Of a stretch of DNA of 64,000 nt, positions 59,943-64,000 are shown one piece after another. The DNA is taken from contig CM060734.1 in NCBI GenBank assembly GCA_030704615.1, positions 50,902,001 through 50,966,000 on the forward strand, in the 5' to 3' direction. Below the pieces are notes generated by a model that was given only the letters and a program-made list of their open reading frames with translations, did no database searches and was not told the DNA's origin. A program made the translations under genes and the position numbers. Source of the DNA: Takakia lepidozioides. Its lineage: Eukaryota > Plantae > Bryophyta. Numbering within the stretch: the first letter of the stretch is position 1; every line of letters begins with the position of its first letter.

Positions 59943-60887
59943 TGGAATTGTAATCAGCTCGAAATAATCAGCAGCGTTGGATCCTCTCCGCGAGCTGACG
60001 TTTGAACCGAAGCTTGAGTACTGAGCTCTCTATCTGTCACACCTGCTCAATAAATTTTCGAACGCTTGCTTTTTGTTTCCTGTCAATGCAATATAATCTC
60101 AATGTGCAATTTTCCAATCAATATACACTACACTCTTCAGTTCTTTGCATTCTTTATATTACCTCAACAATGGCTCCCTCACAGTATCTGATAAAAGGAT
60201 CAGGACACAGCGCCTCCGAGGCTATTACTAGACAATTAAACTCTCTCTCTCTCCTGCTGAGATTGCACTCGAACCTCTCAACTCTCCTCTCCTTGCTTGC
60301 TGTAAGTTAAAGCCCGTGTATATTCTCTCTCTGATCTGCTTCTCAAGCTGCAGACTATGGATGCAAGGAGAGCAGGGCGAGTGTTAAGTAGGCACAAGGC
60401 GTTGACGTGAGTCGTCTCTGCCAACCAACACGCTCTGGTGCTTCAACGCATCCTACCCACCTGTCCGACCGACCTCGCCTTTACATGTACTCCGTCCCGG
60501 GTCACCCGTCACCACCTTCCATCCGACCGAAGTAAGCGCAGGGTGGAGCAAAGGGGAATGTTGTCGTAACCCGGGCAGATACCGGGGCAGTTGGGACAGT
60601 GACGGCAGGGCTTTGACATGTGAACCGAAGGCTTGGACGCGAGTCAATAAACACGACCGTGAGTCTGTTTCTCTGTGCCACTTTCTGTTGCACACTGGAG
60701 CAAGCAAATACCATAAACTGCATAGCTCATGTAGTCAGGTAGGCCACAGCCCTGTCTATCTGTACATAACTTTATCAAGAGAGCCCACCTCCAAAGGGGC
60801 ACCAGTACAAGAGGCAAGGGAGGAGGCAAGGGGCAAGGGGTAGATGCTCATGCATGGCATCATCTCTCTATACCTTTGTTTTTTGTG

Positions 60888-61491
60888 GAAGATGATAGGA
60901 ATATGTAAGAACTTAATGCACACGTGCAACCTCTGACAGGATGGTATGCCGGTCTCCGGCATGTCAAATCTTTCCCACCCTCTCTTGAGAGTGACATGGA
61001 ACTGAAGGAGTGTCAACTCGAGTCGAGGTTACACGACAAGGTGTGTAACTCCACTTGGGGTTACACAGAATGGGTGTGTAACTCCACTTGGGGTTACACA
61101 GAATGGAGTGTAACTCCTCTCGGTGTAACTCACACCTGGTCTCGAAATTTGACTAAGTCCAAATTTGGTTAATTATAAAATAGACTAACCAGAGTTACAT
61201 GAGAAACCGGGTTCCAGAGGGTTACACTACCGGTGTTACACCAACCAAGGTTACACTACAAGTGCCTCCCATCAAGAATCGAACCCTGAACCTCGCTGCC
61301 TACAATGCTATCCCCTTACCACCATGCTACCAACCTGGATTCTTAAGTATTCAATAGTGAAACCAAGGTAAGAGGGGGTGGGGAGGATTTGACAGGATCC
61401 CAGCCGGAGGAGCCGAGGCTGCCGGAAACCGGCAAAAGTACCGTCAGATCACACGCGACCATTAAGTTCTTACATTATTCCTATTGTCTTC
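60888..61491. mobile_element. Non-autonomous TIR (MITE-like) element, copy 1
   Basis: Left ataggaatatgtaagaacttaatg..tgtcaaatc pairs with right gatttgaca..cattaagttcttacattattcctat. Internal 32-bp palindromic tandem repeat. Confidence 0.6.
61262..61331 (-). other. tRNA-like (Pol III A/B box) segment, probably SINE-derived
   Basis: Minus strand has TAGCATGGTGG ... GGTTCGATTC with tRNA-like spacing but no clean cloverleaf. Confidence 0.45.
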
Positions 61492-61899
61492 CGTTTTTTG
61501 TGTGTTTTATAAATTTCTAAAGAGAAAGGGGAGTATACTAGTGTTGTGGGGGTCCCGGTTTTGACCCCGGGTACCTGGCGGGTTAGGGTCCGGTTACCCG
61601 AACCTGCACCGGACCCGTGCTATCACCAAAAACCCGGAATTGAAATACGGACCCGCTGCCATGTCCAGAACCCCTTAAACCCGCTATCCAGGGGCCAGTA
61701 TAGCAGGTCAGGGTCTGGGTTTTAATTTTCATAGATAAATAAATATATATACATATATGTAGAATTTTTTTATAAATTTTTTTTGACATTTATCTGATAT
61801 TTATTTACTTAAATGTGATTTTGGTTATAGGGTACCCCGGGGTCGAAACCCAAACCCCCACAACAATGGAGTATTCCTTTTCATATTCAAAATTTTTGA

Positions 61900-62705
61900 G
61901 AACATTGGAATAATGTAAGAACTTTATGCACACGTGCACTTTCTGACAGGACGGGTTTTTGTCATGTCAAATCTTCCCCACCCCAGGCTCTCAAGAGTCA
62001 TATGCAACTCAAGGGAGTGTAACTCCTATTGGGGTGACACTTGATCACAGGGGAGGGAGTGTAAAAACTCCGGTCCGGGGTACACATAAAGGAGTGACAC
62101 TCGGTGTCATTCACACTTGGTCTTGAAATAGGGTGAGGTTGTCAAGAGTGGAAAGCCCATGGGCCACCACCAGTGTTTTTTTTCCAGGTCGAAATCTGGC
62201 TACTTGTACAAACGATTAATGGGGGGACAAAACCCAGAATTTCGCCAAAAAGCGCCAGTACATGAGAATTAGGAGCCTAATTTTGCAGACGTGGACCAGT
62301 TAAAACGTGCCACCTGGTATATAGCCACTTTTCTAGCCCTGCCACCTACATGCGGCAACACCTTCTGACTAGGCTACTACCATAGTACCTTGGCAAGTTT
62401 GACACAAATTTTAATATTTTAAGGACTGTTGAAAATTTTGGAAATTAATTTTATGAAATTAAATAATTTCGTGAATGATAATAAAGTATCTTTGGGAATA
62501 TTCTATATCTCGAAATGGAATTCTCAAAATAAAATAAATATTCGACAGAAGAGTGTTGAACTTGGCAAGGTACTACGGTTCTAACCACCGCTTGACAACC
62601 TCCAACATTCTAAAGTATATAATAGGTGAATACGGGGCAGAGGTACGAGGGAGTGGGGAGGATTTGAGTGAATCCTTAAATCCTTACATTATTCCTATTG
62701 TTTTC
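61900..62705. mobile_element. MITE-like element copy 2, carrying a nested TIR element (62135-62602)
   Basis: Diverged direct copy of 60888-61491. The inner element has ends GAGGTTGTCAAG / CTTGACAACCTC. Confidence 0.55.
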
Positions 62706-63498
62706 CAATTTTGAGTTCTTTTCTTTTATATATATATATATATATATAATTTTTCAACAGCCCCTTATCTTTATAGAAGAAGGAAGAAAGAAAGAGTATG
62801 GTGTCACTCCACCCCACAAGGATATTGCCTTCCAGTTTAACTTTATATATGGGGGAGTCTCCCCACTGTAAGCCTCCTTTGCCTTTTCACCCCTCTAATC
62901 TATTGGGATCCGTCCCTTTTCCAAAAAGAAAAAAAAAAAGCTTTATAGATATATGGAGAGAGAGGTAGACTCTTGTGGAAGCAAATGGAACTTATGGTGA
63001 AGTGACAGCATGAAGGACTAGTACTGCTTTTGTGTGTTGAAAGGTGGACACCTTCTAACGGCCATAGCCCAGCAACGCGGCATCCTGGTGGACTTAAAAG
63101 TCCCCTCCGGTACTCACACATTTGGTAATGGGTTGACCACATACAGTCGACCCTGCCTTATTGTTACCTGCTATTATTACATTATTACAGTGTTATTTCA
63201 TTGTAAATGTTACGGTTTTGATACTCTGCAGAAAAATACACTAGAAACCATGTCAAGAGTGTTAAGTGATTAATTGTTAGTTTATCCTACTCGTCATAGT
63301 GTTAACGCACCTCCTTAGTAGTTAGATTCCATAGAGAGACGTCCCCAAAATAGAGCATCCATTCATGCTCATCTGAAATAGAGCATCCATTCATCCATTT
63401 ATGAGGTTCAAGCTGAGCATCCATCCATCCATTCATCCATTCATGAGGTTCAAGCTGCCATTGACACTTTACATTTATATCTTGCGCAGCAAAACACC

Positions 63499-63650
63499 GA
63501 TACTAGTGCTTCTCTCATGAAGTGTTTAGCAATCTAGAAGGAAGTGATTTAGCTAGGCATTCTACTTGTCAACAGATACTAGTGCTTCTCTCATGAAGTG
63601 TTTAGCAATCTAGAAGGAAGTGATTTAGCTAGGCATTCTACTTGTCAACA
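63499..63650. repeat. Perfect 76-bp tandem duplication
   Basis: 63499-63574 is identical to 63575-63650. Confidence 0.95.
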
Positions 63651-64000
63651 AACCGACATTCTCTCATATTTCAACCTACTCAATGGTTAAATGTTATCTT
63701 TCATTGGCAGGACCTGGTTTACTATGCCTCTTGTAACTGATAATTTATGAAAATTCTCCCTGCTTTCCGGTTATATGTGATACCTGGCTATCTGTTAGAA
63801 ATTTCATACTCTAGAGGCCTAAGATTAAAGCAGGCCCGACTGTACCCCTTTTTTTTTCTTTTTTTCTCTTAATTTATTTTTAAGAAAAGAGGGACTGTGG
63901 CCTTATCTTTATAGCAATTGGACAAAAGGTCAGAGAATTAAAGTCCAGGTGGAAAAAATTACCACCGATCAGGCAGTGGGTATTATATATATACATAATA

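Overview
Repeat-rich eukaryotic DNA, most likely from a non-seed land plant (inferred from the TE lineages and an intron-containing FatB-type gene). 0-15.4 kb: decayed LINEs, each of two families interrupted by a full-length Ty1/copia element with LTRs, PBS, PPT and TSD. 15.9-54.4 kb: a cluster of small intronless single-PAH-domain (Sin3-like) genes, duplicated with their upstream block in alternating orientation, including gene-derived fold-back hairpins. The cluster is split by a three-deep nest: an RTEX-like LINE contains an unusual Ty3/gypsy-like element (25131-45160, minus), which contains a conventional gypsy element (27519-36315, plus). The outer gypsy-like element is the main candidate system. 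Its pol carries a DNMT3/DRM-like C5 cytosine methyltransferase between protease and RT and a PHD finger after a DDE integrase. It has split direct repeats (X-body-Y-X-Y) instead of two LTRs, and a self-complementary, tRNA-independent primer site. 56-64 kb: a UGT fragment, a 6-exon FatB-like acyl-ACP thioesterase gene and nested inverted-repeat elements. Many ORFs have 1-bp deletions, which could be real decay or assembly indels. All domain calls are by eye from motifs; no searches were run.
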